Positions 9,901 to 19,132 of a DNA stretch of 64,000 nucleotides are shown one piece after another. The stretch comes from an uncultured Clostridia bacterium (GTDB lineage Bacteria; Bacillota; Clostridia; Oscillospirales; Oscillospiraceae). The position numbers were made by a program, and so were the translations under genes. The stretch is taken from the NCBI GenBank assembly GCA_945949735.1, contig CAMFFO010000001.1, positions 35,362-99,361 on the forward strand. The letters are read 5' to 3'. Position 1 is the stretch's first letter, and every line of letters starts with the position of its first letter. The notes under the pieces were generated by a model that saw nothing but the letters and a program-made list of their open reading frames with translations, was not told where the DNA came from and ran no database searches.

Positions 9901-10655
9901 GCATTATTTCGGAACTTTTTCCACTTTTTTGACGCCTTTTCGAGGCATTGCTGATGCTCCTTCCGGGCATCCATCATACCGTACTTCCCTTTCAGCCTGT
10001 CCAGCTTGGAAAGGAGGGGCTTGCTGAAGAGCAGCATGGTAACGCCGCAGGCAAGACCATGCTGCAGGTTATAGGTAAAGCCCGCGCCGAAAACAGCGGC
10101 GGCGTATTTCCAGGAGAGATGATTGCTTACCGTGAACAATGTGCAGCAGTCCAGCAGCGGACCAACAAACAAAACAATGGAAACAAACCCGTAAACCGCG
10201 AGAAGAACGGGATTTCGTGTTCCGGGGCGCCTGAAAAAAATCACGCCCGCCAGAAAACCGCCCAGCCCATAGGCCATCATCTGCCAGGGTGTCCAGGGAC
10301 CCTGGCTGAAGAAAAAGTTACTTGCAAAGGCTCCCACTGCTCCCGTAATGAAGCCTGCCTCGGGCCCGAAAGCGATTCCCGTAATCATAATGATAGCCGT
10401 CATGGGCTTAAAATTCGGGATCATCACCACAACGCGGGAGGCCACCGCAAGCGCGCACATGACAGCCAGCGTTACCAACTCTCGGGCCTGGGGCCTTCTC
10501 GTCTCAAAAGCGAGAAAAAACGGAATCATGATTTCTATCACCATCAGGGTGCTGGTCAGGTAATACCATCTCCCGGTCAGCTTTGTACCCAGGAACAGAG
10601 TGGCCGGAATCAGCACCAGGATCAGTACAATGTTGAAAACAGTTGCTTTTCTCAT
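9897..10655 (-). CDS. ECF transporter S component (cobalamin/CbrT-like)
   Basis: Multi-TM protein with PNFKP, FGPEAGF, SNFFFSQGPWTPWQM motifs; adjacent to EcfT and a B12 locus. Confidence 0.85.
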   Translation of the reverse strand: MRKATVFNIVLILVLIPATLFLGTKLTGRWYYLTSTLMVIEIMIPFFLAFETRRPQARELVTLAVMCALAVASRVVVMIPNFKPMTAIIMITGIAFGPEAGFITGAVGAFASNFFFSQGPWTPWQMMAYGLGGFLAGVIFFRRPGTRNPVLLAVYGFVSIVLFVGPLLDCCTLFTVSNHLSWKYAAAVFGAGFTYNLQHGLACGVTMLLFSKPLLSKLDRLKGKYGMMDARKEHQQCLEKASKKWKKFRNNA

Positions 10656-10686
10656 CTGTCAGGAATCCTTTCATAAAAGGGGAGCG

Positions 10687-11556
10687 TCAAAGCCTGGCCA
10701 GAGATGTCCTCTGCTGGATTACCTCTATCCCATGAAGGATCAAGGGGAGCATAAGGAACGCTGCGTAGGATGCCAGCCCCCAGGATGGGCTGGCAATCCG
10801 AAGCTCCGGTGTAAAGGAGGCTTCGGTCCCTCCCGCGAGAAGCGTTCCCAGAAGGAATACAACCATCAGGCAAATCAGAAGGATATCCCTGAGTGCGAAG
10901 CGGTAAATCCGGAAGCTGCTGCGCTTGGCGCAGCCATATCCCCGGGCCCTCATGGAATCCGCAGTGATGATACTTCCCTCCAGCGCCCAATCCGTCAGCG
11001 CAGAGAGAATACGCATTCCCCCCAAGACCTTGCCCTTTTTGTTTTCAGACGCACCGGTCCCCTTTCCAACGGACTTTCGCGCGTCTGCAATCTGTACAGC
11101 TTTCCTTGTCAGACTTGGAATCATTCTCAGGATCATTACAAGCAGCAATGACAGGGAGGGAATCAGCCCCCCGAACAGGCAGACAAACTTATCGCTAGTC
11201 AGCACCGCGCTGTAGCACCCAAACCACAGCAGCATCACCACCAGCATTCCGGCGATGACCATGCCATAGAGCAGGGCCTCCAGCGTGTAGGGCCGTCCAA
11301 ATACGTGGAACAGAGCAGTGGCCCCATAGGTATTCAAAAGCGGATTGATTCCGGACAGAAGGAAAAAAACAGGAATCAACCCGGCAATCAGGCTCCACCC
11401 CTTTTTCCCTTTCAGAAGCAGATAGTACCCTCCGGCTCCCACAGCGTCCAGCAGAAGGTATATGGGATGCTGAATCACAGCGCAGAAACCGATTGCCCCC
11501 AGGAAAAACAGGAAGTTGGTAAGTGGATGGCATTTAGAAAAAGCATCGTCTTTCAT
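10687..11556 (-). CDS. ECF transporter transmembrane (T) component
   Basis: CbiQ/EcfT-like: HP near N-terminus, LRMIP, ADSMRARGYG. Confidence 0.88.
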   Translation of the reverse strand: MKDDAFSKCHPLTNFLFFLGAIGFCAVIQHPIYLLLDAVGAGGYYLLLKGKKGWSLIAGLIPVFFLLSGINPLLNTYGATALFHVFGRPYTLEALLYGMVIAGMLVVMLLWFGCYSAVLTSDKFVCLFGGLIPSLSLLLVMILRMIPSLTRKAVQIADARKSVGKGTGASENKKGKVLGGMRILSALTDWALEGSIITADSMRARGYGCAKRSSFRIYRFALRDILLICLMVVFLLGTLLAGGTEASFTPELRIASPSWGLASYAAFLMLPLILHGIEVIQQRTSLARL

Positions 11557-11709
11557 AGGAAGCCCCTATCTGTAAAAATACTCAGCACGACCAGGCAGCC
11601 ATTGTCCGAAGTCGCCGGAGAGAATGACCATACCACTCTACTTTATCACATTCCGGCAACAACCGCAATCCAAATTTCAGATTCCGCAGGGGATTCCCTA
11701 TTATGAGCA

Positions 11710-11738
11710 TTGAAATTGCAGTCACCATATGATATAAT
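11710..11738 (+). promoter_or_regulatory. Sigma-A promoter upstream of the cobalamin riboswitch
   Basis: TTGAAA-17 bp-TATAAT. Confidence 0.8.
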
Positions 11739-11743
11739 AAAAA

Positions 11744-11906
11744 TGCTGTCCGGGGAAGCAGGTGGAAAGCCTGCACGAGCCCGTCGCCGTAAGGTGTACG
11801 ACCAAGGTCATTATTCTCACTTTCCGTGCCGCAGCGGATAGGACAGGTCATTGGTTTTTCCGAGAAGGCTGAGTGATGATACACCAAGTCGGAATATCCG
11901 GCAGCA
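11744..11906 (+). ncRNA. Cobalamin riboswitch (variant)
   Basis: GGGAAGCAGGTGGAAAGCCTGCACGAGCCCGTCGCCGTAAG, GTCATTGG..GAGAAGGC and AAGTCGGAATATCC core, closed by the TGCTG(T)CCGG/CCGGCAGCA stem. Confidence 0.82.
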
Positions 11907-11970
11907 AAATCCGGTTTAGCCGCGGAAGCCGGCAAAAAACCGGAAAAACAATTCAAGGAGAAATGGTATC

Positions 11971-12378
11971 ATGAACAAAAAAACGATGAACAAAATGATG
12001 CGGCTGATCCTGTGCACTGTGCTGATTGCGGTAATGGCGCTGATGGCAGCTGGATGCGGAAGCAAATCTGCCGAGACCACGGCACCCGGCGTGTCTTTTA
12101 CCTTCGTGGTCACGGATCTGGAGGGCAACGAGTCCACCTTTGACATTACTACATCCAAGGCAACTGTTGGAGAAGCATTGCTTGACGAGGGCCTGATTGT
12201 CGGCGAGGACAGTGAATACGGCCTTTATGTGACCTCCGTAAACGGGATGGCCGCCGATTGGGACAATGATCAGACCTACTGGGCATTCTACATCGACGGC
12301 GAGTATGCCACGACCGGCGTGGACGCCACCGAGGTCACGGAGGGCGCTACCTATTCCTTCGTGCTGACCAAGGGCTAA
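11971..12378 (+). CDS. DUF4430-type lipoprotein (putative cobalamin-binding)
   Basis: Lipobox AAGC; GLYVTSVNG, YWAFYIDGEYATTGVD motifs; downstream of a B12 riboswitch. Confidence 0.8.
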   Translation: MNKKTMNKMMRLILCTVLIAVMALMAAGCGSKSAETTAPGVSFTFVVTDLEGNESTFDITTSKATVGEALLDEGLIVGEDSEYGLYVTSVNGMAADWDNDQTYWAFYIDGEYATTGVDATEVTEGATYSFVLTKG

Positions 12379-12398
12379 TCATTCATCAGTTCCGATTT

Positions 12399-12436
12399 AA
12401 GCAGCTGACGGGTTTTCCCCGTCAGCTGCTTTTTTA
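12399..12436. terminator. Bidirectional intrinsic terminator
   Basis: AAGCAGCTGACGGG-TTTTC-CCCGTCAGCTGCTTTTTT between convergent genes. Confidence 0.8.
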
Positions 12437-12952
12437 AAACTCGATCCCCTTCCGGGCAGAGAGCCCCCGATCAAAGGGGTGCTTGACCTTCTCCATCCGG
12501 GTGACGTAGTCCGCAATCTCCAGAAGCCTGTGGGACGGATTTCTGCCGGTGAGGATCACCTCCAGGTTCCCGGGCCTTTCTTCCAGGAACCGGATTACCT
12601 CGTCCTCCGGCACAACCGCATGGTTGCAGGCGGAAACCATCTCATCCAGAACCAGAACATCCGCATTTTGGGCCATCTTACAGATTTCCCGGAAATGCTC
12701 TGTGTAATCCCTGACAGCCACAGCGCGCTCTTCCTCCGTCATTCTGGAGTAAAATCCACGAACCGTGTTCCGGTGAATCACCTGAATATTCCCGATACCC
12801 GCCAGAATTGGAATTTCCGAGGAACTTCCGTCTTTAAAAAATTGGGTAAACAAGACCCGTTTCCCGGCTCCCGCTGCACGGACAGCCAAACCCACTGCCG
12901 CAGTGGTCTTTCCCTTTCCATCCCCGCAATACAGGTGGATTTTCCCCATCAT
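12434..12952 (-). CDS. cobO: Cob(I)yrinic acid a,c-diamide adenosyltransferase (CobO/BtuR family)
   Basis: IHLYCGDGKGKTTAA, QFFK, VLDE, LTGR, ADYVT, KHPF..ARKGIEF. Confidence 0.93.
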   Translation of the reverse strand: MMGKIHLYCGDGKGKTTAAVGLAVRAAGAGKRVLFTQFFKDGSSSEIPILAGIGNIQVIHRNTVRGFYSRMTEEERAVAVRDYTEHFREICKMAQNADVLVLDEMVSACNHAVVPEDEVIRFLEERPGNLEVILTGRNPSHRLLEIADYVTRMEKVKHPFDRGLSARKGIEF

Positions 12953-12953
12953 G

Positions 12954-14417
12954 TCATACCTCCCGGTTCAGAATCCGGTAAACAAGCTCCATATCCATAC
13001 TACTGCGAACCGCGTCGGCCAGGATATCATACTGGCGCTCTTTATAAGCAGTCATATCAAAAGTGCCCAACGCCTCAGGGTCAATTCCCTTCTGCCTGCA
13101 AATTGCTGTAAGGACCGTATCCGTGATACCCGGTGCGTCGAAAATCCCATGGACATAGCTTCCGAATACATTCCCCTGGCCAGCAATGACCGGGATGCCG
13201 TCCCCGCTTCTTCCCATATGGATTTCATATCCCCGGTATTCCATTCCGTTCAGGACTTCCAGCATTCCCTCAATACCCTGTAAAACACCGGAAACCTGGG
13301 TCTGAACCTTTTCTCCCCGGAAAACCGTCTGAATGGGCAGAAGTCCCATTCCTACAACCTCCGTTGTTCCGGAGGCTTCCACCTGCTCCGGATCCAGAAT
13401 CCGCTCCCCCAGCATCTGATATCCTCCGCAGATTCCGATCACCAGCGTTCCGCAGGAGGCGGACTTCAGTATTGCCGCTTCCAGCCCGCTTTGGCGCAGC
13501 CATTTCAGGTCGGAAATGGTACTCTTTGTCCCCGGAAGCAGAATCATATCCGGTCTTTGCAGGTCCCCCACGGAATCCACATACCGCAGCGACACATTTT
13601 CATATCGCTCAAAGGGGCTAAAGTCCGTGTAATTGGAAATCCTGGGCAGGCGGATCACCGCGATATCCAGAAGCTTCCGCTCCTGAGCCCGGTCAAACCG
13701 CCGGGAAAGGCTGTCCTCCTCATCCACATCCACGTTGATATAGGGAACGACTCCCGCCACCGGGACGCCGCACAGACCCTCAAGGATCTGTATGCCCGGC
13801 TCCAGAATTTTACGATCCCCCCGAAATTTATTGACGATCGTGGCCTTCACCCGGCTGCGTTCCTCCGCTTCCAGAAGCGCCACTGTCCCGTAAAGCTGCG
13901 CGAATACGCCGCCCCGGTCGATGTCGCCCACCAGCATCACCGGCGCGTCCACCAGCTTTGCCAGGCCCATGTTGACAATATCCTCCTGCTTGAGATTGAT
14001 TTCCGCAGGACTTCCCGCTCCCTCTATGACAATGATATCATTTTCCGCTGCCAAAGAATTGTATGCATCCATTACCGCCGGGAGAAACTCTCTCTTGCGT
14101 TGATAGTATTCCATGGCGCGCATATTGCCCTGAACAGCGCCGTTCACAATCACCTGGCTCCCCACATCCGTGGTGGGTTTGAGCAAAATGGGATTCATGC
14201 GCACATCCGGTTCCAGCCCGGCAGCCTCTGCCTGCACCACCTGAGCCCGGCCCATTTCTTTTCCGTCTCTGGTAATAAAGGAATTTAATGCCATGTTCTG
14301 GCTTTTGAAGGGGGCGACCCGAAATCCGTCCTGACGGAAAACCCGGCACAGACCGGCGCACAGCAGACTTTTGCCTGCATTGGACATGGTTCCCTGGATC
14401 ATGATGTTTTTTGCCAT
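12954..14417 (-). CDS. cobQ: Cobyric acid synthase
   Basis: IQGTMSNAGKS, PFKSQNMALNS, EGAGSPAEINL, GICGGYQMLG, GYEIHMG, SYVHG. Confidence 0.96.
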   Translation of the reverse strand: MAKNIMIQGTMSNAGKSLLCAGLCRVFRQDGFRVAPFKSQNMALNSFITRDGKEMGRAQVVQAEAAGLEPDVRMNPILLKPTTDVGSQVIVNGAVQGNMRAMEYYQRKREFLPAVMDAYNSLAAENDIIVIEGAGSPAEINLKQEDIVNMGLAKLVDAPVMLVGDIDRGGVFAQLYGTVALLEAEERSRVKATIVNKFRGDRKILEPGIQILEGLCGVPVAGVVPYINVDVDEEDSLSRRFDRAQERKLLDIAVIRLPRISNYTDFSPFERYENVSLRYVDSVGDLQRPDMILLPGTKSTISDLKWLRQSGLEAAILKSASCGTLVIGICGGYQMLGERILDPEQVEASGTTEVVGMGLLPIQTVFRGEKVQTQVSGVLQGIEGMLEVLNGMEYRGYEIHMGRSGDGIPVIAGQGNVFGSYVHGIFDAPGITDTVLTAICRQKGIDPEALGTFDMTAYKERQYDILADAVRSSMDMELVYRILNREV

Positions 14418-14419
14418 GA

Positions 14420-15472
14420 TTATCCTCTTCCCGTAACAGAGGCCATTGCATCCATCAGAGCCTCATTTTCCTTGTGGGTACGAACGGCAACCCGGTACCA
14501 TCCCGGCCCCAGTCCGTGGTAATTGTCACAGTTCCGGATTGCAATTTTTTGCCCCAGCAGCGCGGAATGAAGCCCCTCCGGGCCTTGGAACAAAAGATAA
14601 TTGGCTTCCGAATCACAAACCCAGAAGCCCACTGCCTCCAGTGCCTTCTTCAGCCATGCCCGCTCTGTACGGATCAGTGCTTTGGCCTTCCTGAGAAATG
14701 CCTGTTCCTCCAGTGCGGCAACACCGGCCGCCTGGGCAGGGCCGGACACATTCCAGGGCTGAACTGTCCCGGACATCCTGTGAAGGAGCTGCGAATCCGC
14801 ACAAAGACAGTATCCCAGGCGAAGTCCTGCCATCCCATAGCTTTTTGTGAAGGCTTTCAAAATGCACAGGTTGGGATGATCTTTCAGATACGGTTTCAGG
14901 CTCTCCCCACCGTCGCACAAATCCAGGAAACATTCGTCAACAAAAAGGGATACTCCCTTTTGGGAACACTTCGCCAGAATATGATTCATCAGCCCTCGGT
15001 TCATGGTTTTTCCGGTTGGGTTATTGGGATTGCAAAGGAACAGGGCATCCGGGCAGCACTCCTCAATGTGATCCAGAATTCCCCTGTCTACAGCAAATCC
15101 ATTCTCCTGTCTGAGCAGATACCGCTCCACAGTGCAGCCCACCAACTCCAGACCCAGCGCATACTCCGAAAATGTGGGAGCCAGTTCCAGGGCCCTACCC
15201 GGCCTGACCGCCTGGCAGTAGGAATAAATCAGCTCCGCCGCACCGCTGCCGCAGAGAATATACTCCTCCGGGATTTCTTCATGCTTCGCGATGGCGCGTG
15301 TGAGCATTCTGCAATAGGGGTCCGGGTATCGGTGCAGCTGGGGAAGGGACGCCTGGACAGCCTTCAACACACCGGGAGGGGTGCCGAGGGGGTTTGTGTT
15401 CGCGGAGAAATCCAGGATTCCCTCCGCACCGTAAATATCCCCTCCGTGGGGGTTTTGGGTTTGATAAAGCAT
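14420..15472 (-). CDS. cobD: Threonine-phosphate decarboxylase (class II PLP enzyme)
   Basis: HGG, DFSANTNPLG, CNPNNPTG, AFTKSYGMAGLRLGY; located in the cbi operon. Confidence 0.9.
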   Translation of the reverse strand: MLYQTQNPHGGDIYGAEGILDFSANTNPLGTPPGVLKAVQASLPQLHRYPDPYCRMLTRAIAKHEEIPEEYILCGSGAAELIYSYCQAVRPGRALELAPTFSEYALGLELVGCTVERYLLRQENGFAVDRGILDHIEECCPDALFLCNPNNPTGKTMNRGLMNHILAKCSQKGVSLFVDECFLDLCDGGESLKPYLKDHPNLCILKAFTKSYGMAGLRLGYCLCADSQLLHRMSGTVQPWNVSGPAQAAGVAALEEQAFLRKAKALIRTERAWLKKALEAVGFWVCDSEANYLLFQGPEGLHSALLGQKIAIRNCDNYHGLGPGWYRVAVRTHKENEALMDAMASVTGRG

Positions 15473-15484
15473 ACACGATCCCCC

Positions 15485-16444
15485 TTACATCAGAATCAGG
15501 AATCGAACTCCCGCGCATAGGATCAGCGCAAGCACCGCAGTGGCATACATCAGCCGGCAGCACCGGGGAATATCCTCGTATTCAATAGAGCGAATTGGGT
15601 CCCCGATGGTTTTTTTCCGGTGCAGAACCCCGTGGTACCAGGCATCCCCAGCAAGCTGCAGACCCATCAGCCCCGCGCAGGCAGACTCGGTCTGGGCAGA
15701 GTTTGGGCTGGCGTGGTTATACCTGTCCCGCCGGAAAATCTTCACCCCGTTCCGAAAGTCCATGCCCAACAAGCCACCGGCCAGAAGCATCAGTACCCCG
15801 CTGAGTCTTGCGGGAACATAGTTCATCAGATCATCCATTCTGGCGGGGACCAAACCGATATTCTGATAAGGAGGGTCCACATATCCGAGCATGGAATCCA
15901 TGGTGTTCACCGCTTTATAGAAAAATCCCAGCGGAGCTCCCCCCAGGGCAAGGAAAACAAGCGGCGCCACAACCCCATCGGAGGAATTCTCCGCAACGGT
16001 TTCCACAGCCGCCTTGGTAATGCCTGTTTCATCCAGTACGGCGGTATCTCTTCCGACAATCATGGATACCGCATGGCGGGCCTTTTCCGTATCCCCGGAT
16101 CTCAGCGCCGCGTAAACCTTCATGCTTTCGTCCCGCAGCGACTTTGCGGCCAGGATCTGCCAACACATAATGCTCTCCACAGCCAGTCCCAGCCACGGGC
16201 TGGCTTTATAGCATATTCCCAGCACACCGAAAGGCAACAGGAAAGAGATACCCACAGTGAAAACCCAGACGGCCCCTCCCGCAATACGCTCTCCCCAGAC
16301 TGTTTTGGGGAAAATTCTGCGAAACAGTTTTTCCAGAGCGCCGATCAGTTTCCCGATTCCTACGACAGGATGGGGAATTCCGTGAGGATCTCCCAGCAGC
16401 ATATCTATTCCAAAGCCAATTATCAGCGCGGCAAATGACCACAT
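15485..16444 (-). CDS. cbiB: Adenosylcobinamide-phosphate synthase
   Basis: GDP..HPVV, IVGRDT, ETVAENSSDG, YKAVNTMDSMLGY, HASPNS; ATG overlaps the upstream TGA (TGATG). Confidence 0.95.
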   Translation of the reverse strand: MWSFAALIIGFGIDMLLGDPHGIPHPVVGIGKLIGALEKLFRRIFPKTVWGERIAGGAVWVFTVGISFLLPFGVLGICYKASPWLGLAVESIMCWQILAAKSLRDESMKVYAALRSGDTEKARHAVSMIVGRDTAVLDETGITKAAVETVAENSSDGVVAPLVFLALGGAPLGFFYKAVNTMDSMLGYVDPPYQNIGLVPARMDDLMNYVPARLSGVLMLLAGGLLGMDFRNGVKIFRRDRYNHASPNSAQTESACAGLMGLQLAGDAWYHGVLHRKKTIGDPIRSIEYEDIPRCCRLMYATAVLALILCAGVRFLILM

Positions 16445-18408
16445 CAGCCATTTCCTCCCTGCAGCGTAAAGATATAGACGGGATTCTGTCCCATCATCAA
16501 ATGGTACGGCCCCGCCTGTTTGCCTCGTGCCGCATTCAGGCAGACAACATTTCCTTCTGCGAATCTCGGAAACGCTTCGGTGAGTTCCGCAATGGACTCC
16601 AGGGTAATGGCAGTGGCAACAATCCGAACATTGGGATTCTTCCGAAGGAGCATTTCCAGAATCTGCTTCATATTTCCGCTGCTTCCTCCAATGAAAACAT
16701 GGGTGGGTGCTGGAAGCGCCTCGCAATCCCCGGGGGCCGTGCCGGAAACCACCGTAATATTCTCCACCCCGAATTTCCGGATATTCTCCTCCATCAGCTC
16801 CAAGGCATCCGCTTTTCGTTCTATGGCGTATACATGCCCCTTCTGGGCCAGCAGCGCCATCTCTATGGCAACGCTGCCGGAGCCGGCCCCGATATCCCAG
16901 CATACAGCATGCCTGGTAAGACGGAGCTTGGAGAGGCTAACACTGCGAACCTCGCTTTTCGTCATGGGAACAGCCGGATTTCTGGTAAACCGATCGTCCT
17001 CAATGCCATAGGTGACCACTGGATCTGCAAGAGGATTGTCCACCAGGACTGCGCTGAGACTCTCAAAATCCCGCTTCGCCAGTTCCCTGGCAGTGCCTAC
17101 GCTGATGACTTCATCCGGGTAGCTCAGCCGCTCTCCTATGCTGACGGAAACATCTCCTAATCCCGCTTCCGTCAGTTCCTCACACAGCTTCCCGGCGCCA
17201 TTCTCACCGCCGACAAGGACAAATACGCGACGGTTCTTTCGAACATCCGGAAGAATGCAGTGATCTCTCCCGTGGATGCTTACCGCAACCACATCATCAT
17301 AGGATACTTTCAGCCTGGAGCACAAATACGCCAGCGAGCTGATCCCGGGGAGCACCTGTACGTCACAGTCCTCCAGCAGCGGAAGCAGTTTTTTCGCGCC
17401 GCTGTAGAAGCCGGTATCCCCGGACATAACCACTGCAAACCGGCGGTATTCCCGGTGGGAATGAATGTAGTCGGAAATAGCCTGGGGGGAAATCGCGTTA
17501 TAAACTGCCTGCCCCTCCGCTTTGACCGCGGCTGTCATCCGCTGCGCACCAATCAGGCACTCCGCCTCCGATACCGCTTTTCGGGCCTCGACAGTCATGA
17601 CTTCACTGCTCCCTGGGCCGATTCCGACCACATCAACCCGGGGCCTCCAATGCAGGCCAAAGCGTTGGCACAGCAAATTGACAGTTTCTGAAAAGCTCAG
17701 CCCGTCCCGCTGGGGGGGCCTTCCAATGATAACCGCCTTTGCCCCGGCTTCTCTTGCGGCCGTGATTTTCTCGTCAAATCCGCCTGCTGTTCCAGAGTCC
17801 TTTGTCACAAGAAAGGCAGCTTTGACACTTCGCAGCATTGCCTTGTTCATCTCCGCGGAAAACGGGCCCTGAATTGCCAAAATGTGGGAAGGCTTTAACC
17901 CAGCTTTCTGGCACAGCCGAAGGGAATCCTCCATGGGAAGCACCCGGGCGTACACCCGGTCGGCAAAGTCCCGAATTTCGGAGAAACCCGCCAGTTCCTT
18001 GCTGCCCGTGGTCAGGAGAATATTCCCCTGGGTGGAATTCAGATACGCAACGGCTTCCGAAACATCCGCAGCAAAAACGGCGTCCCCCGGAGCTTCACTG
18101 CCGGAGCGAAGCAGCCGCAGGTATTCAATCCGCGCCGCGTTGCAGGCTTCGGCAATATTCTCTGTTACCGCGCTGGCATAGGGGTGGGTTGCGTCCACCA
18201 CCAGATCAAACCGCTCCCGCCGAAAAAGCGCCTCCATCTCCTCAGGCGTCAGGCGCTTGGCGGAAACCGTCAAATTGGGAGACGGCTTCAGCAGGGTTTC
18301 CCCGTATTCCGTTGCAACGCAGGCAGTGAGCTTTACGGATTGCCGGGACAAGTACTCCACCAGTTCCCTGCCTTCCGTGGTTCCGGCAAATACACAGATA
18401 TTATACAT
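16444..18408 (-). CDS. Fused CbiJ (precorrin-6A reductase)-CbiE-CbiT
   Basis: N-terminal FAGTTEG, DATHPYA, LTTGSK, VTKDSG (CbiJ); VVGIGPG, SGDTGFYS, PGISS (CbiE); PMTKSEVR, WDIGAGSGSV, FIGGS (CbiT). Confidence 0.93.
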   Translation of the reverse strand: MYNICVFAGTTEGRELVEYLSRQSVKLTACVATEYGETLLKPSPNLTVSAKRLTPEEMEALFRRERFDLVVDATHPYASAVTENIAEACNAARIEYLRLLRSGSEAPGDAVFAADVSEAVAYLNSTQGNILLTTGSKELAGFSEIRDFADRVYARVLPMEDSLRLCQKAGLKPSHILAIQGPFSAEMNKAMLRSVKAAFLVTKDSGTAGGFDEKITAAREAGAKAVIIGRPPQRDGLSFSETVNLLCQRFGLHWRPRVDVVGIGPGSSEVMTVEARKAVSEAECLIGAQRMTAAVKAEGQAVYNAISPQAISDYIHSHREYRRFAVVMSGDTGFYSGAKKLLPLLEDCDVQVLPGISSLAYLCSRLKVSYDDVVAVSIHGRDHCILPDVRKNRRVFVLVGGENGAGKLCEELTEAGLGDVSVSIGERLSYPDEVISVGTARELAKRDFESLSAVLVDNPLADPVVTYGIEDDRFTRNPAVPMTKSEVRSVSLSKLRLTRHAVCWDIGAGSGSVAIEMALLAQKGHVYAIERKADALELMEENIRKFGVENITVVSGTAPGDCEALPAPTHVFIGGSSGNMKQILEMLLRKNPNVRIVATAITLESIAELTEAFPRFAEGNVVCLNAARGKQAGPYHLMMGQNPVYIFTLQGGNG

Positions 18409-19132
18409 CCCGGTATCCTCTGGGGGTCACCATATTCCCGCCAATCATCTTTGTGCTGCCGTTTCCGATAAATACCGTGCAGAACATATCCGCATCGGCG
18501 TTCCGAAGCCGCTCCAGCGTATAGAAGGCGCGGCTCTCCCCTTCCCTCCCGATATTCCGGGCAATGGCGCAGGGGCGATCCTTGGGCAGTACCTCCAGCA
18601 GAATCTCACAGGCCCGGAGAAGATGATCCGGCCTTCCCCGGCTGGCAGGATTGTACAGTACGATGGACAAATCCGCCTGGGCTGCGCAGCGCAGCCTTTT
18701 CTCGATCACTTGCCAATCCGTAAGACGGTCACTGAGGCTGATCACCGCGAAGTCATGAGTCAGCGGTGCGCCCAGCAGCGCCGCACCGCTGCAAGCTGCC
18801 GTCAGTCCGGGAATTACCTCTACCTCCGGAGCGGCTTCCTCTCCGCGAAGCTCATAAATCAGGGCGGCCATTCCATATATTCCGCTGTCCCCGGAGCAGA
18901 CCATGGCCACGGTTTTTCCCTTTCGCGCTTCCTCCAGGGCCATCTGGCACCGGGCAGTCTCCCTGGTCATGGGTGTTGTAAGGAATTCCTTCCCCGGATA
19001 AGTATCCCTGACGAGGTCCACATATACATGATATCCGATAATGGTATCGCAGCTTTCCAACGCCCGGTGGGCGCGAATGGTCATATTTTCAAAATCTCCG
19101 GGGCCGATGCCCACGACAATTACCTTACCCAA
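18401..19132 (-). CDS. cbiH: Cobalt-precorrin-3 C17-methyltransferase
   Basis: VVGIGPG, SGDSGIYGMA, GAPLTHDFAVISLSDRLT, LYNP, TPRGY; TTG start after GGGAGG. Confidence 0.93.
   Translation of the reverse strand: MGKVIVVGIGPGDFENMTIRAHRALESCDTIIGYHVYVDLVRDTYPGKEFLTTPMTRETARCQMALEEARKGKTVAMVCSGDSGIYGMAALIYELRGEEAAPEVEVIPGLTAACSGAALLGAPLTHDFAVISLSDRLTDWQVIEKRLRCAAQADLSIVLYNPASRGRPDHLLRACEILLEVLPKDRPCAIARNIGREGESRAFYTLERLRNADADMFCTVFIGNGSTKMIGGNMVTPRGYRDV

Noticed and set aside
15485-16903. 472-aa version of cbiB
   Set aside because: The N-terminal 152 aa overlap cbiJET in another frame; the real start is the coupled ATG at 16444.
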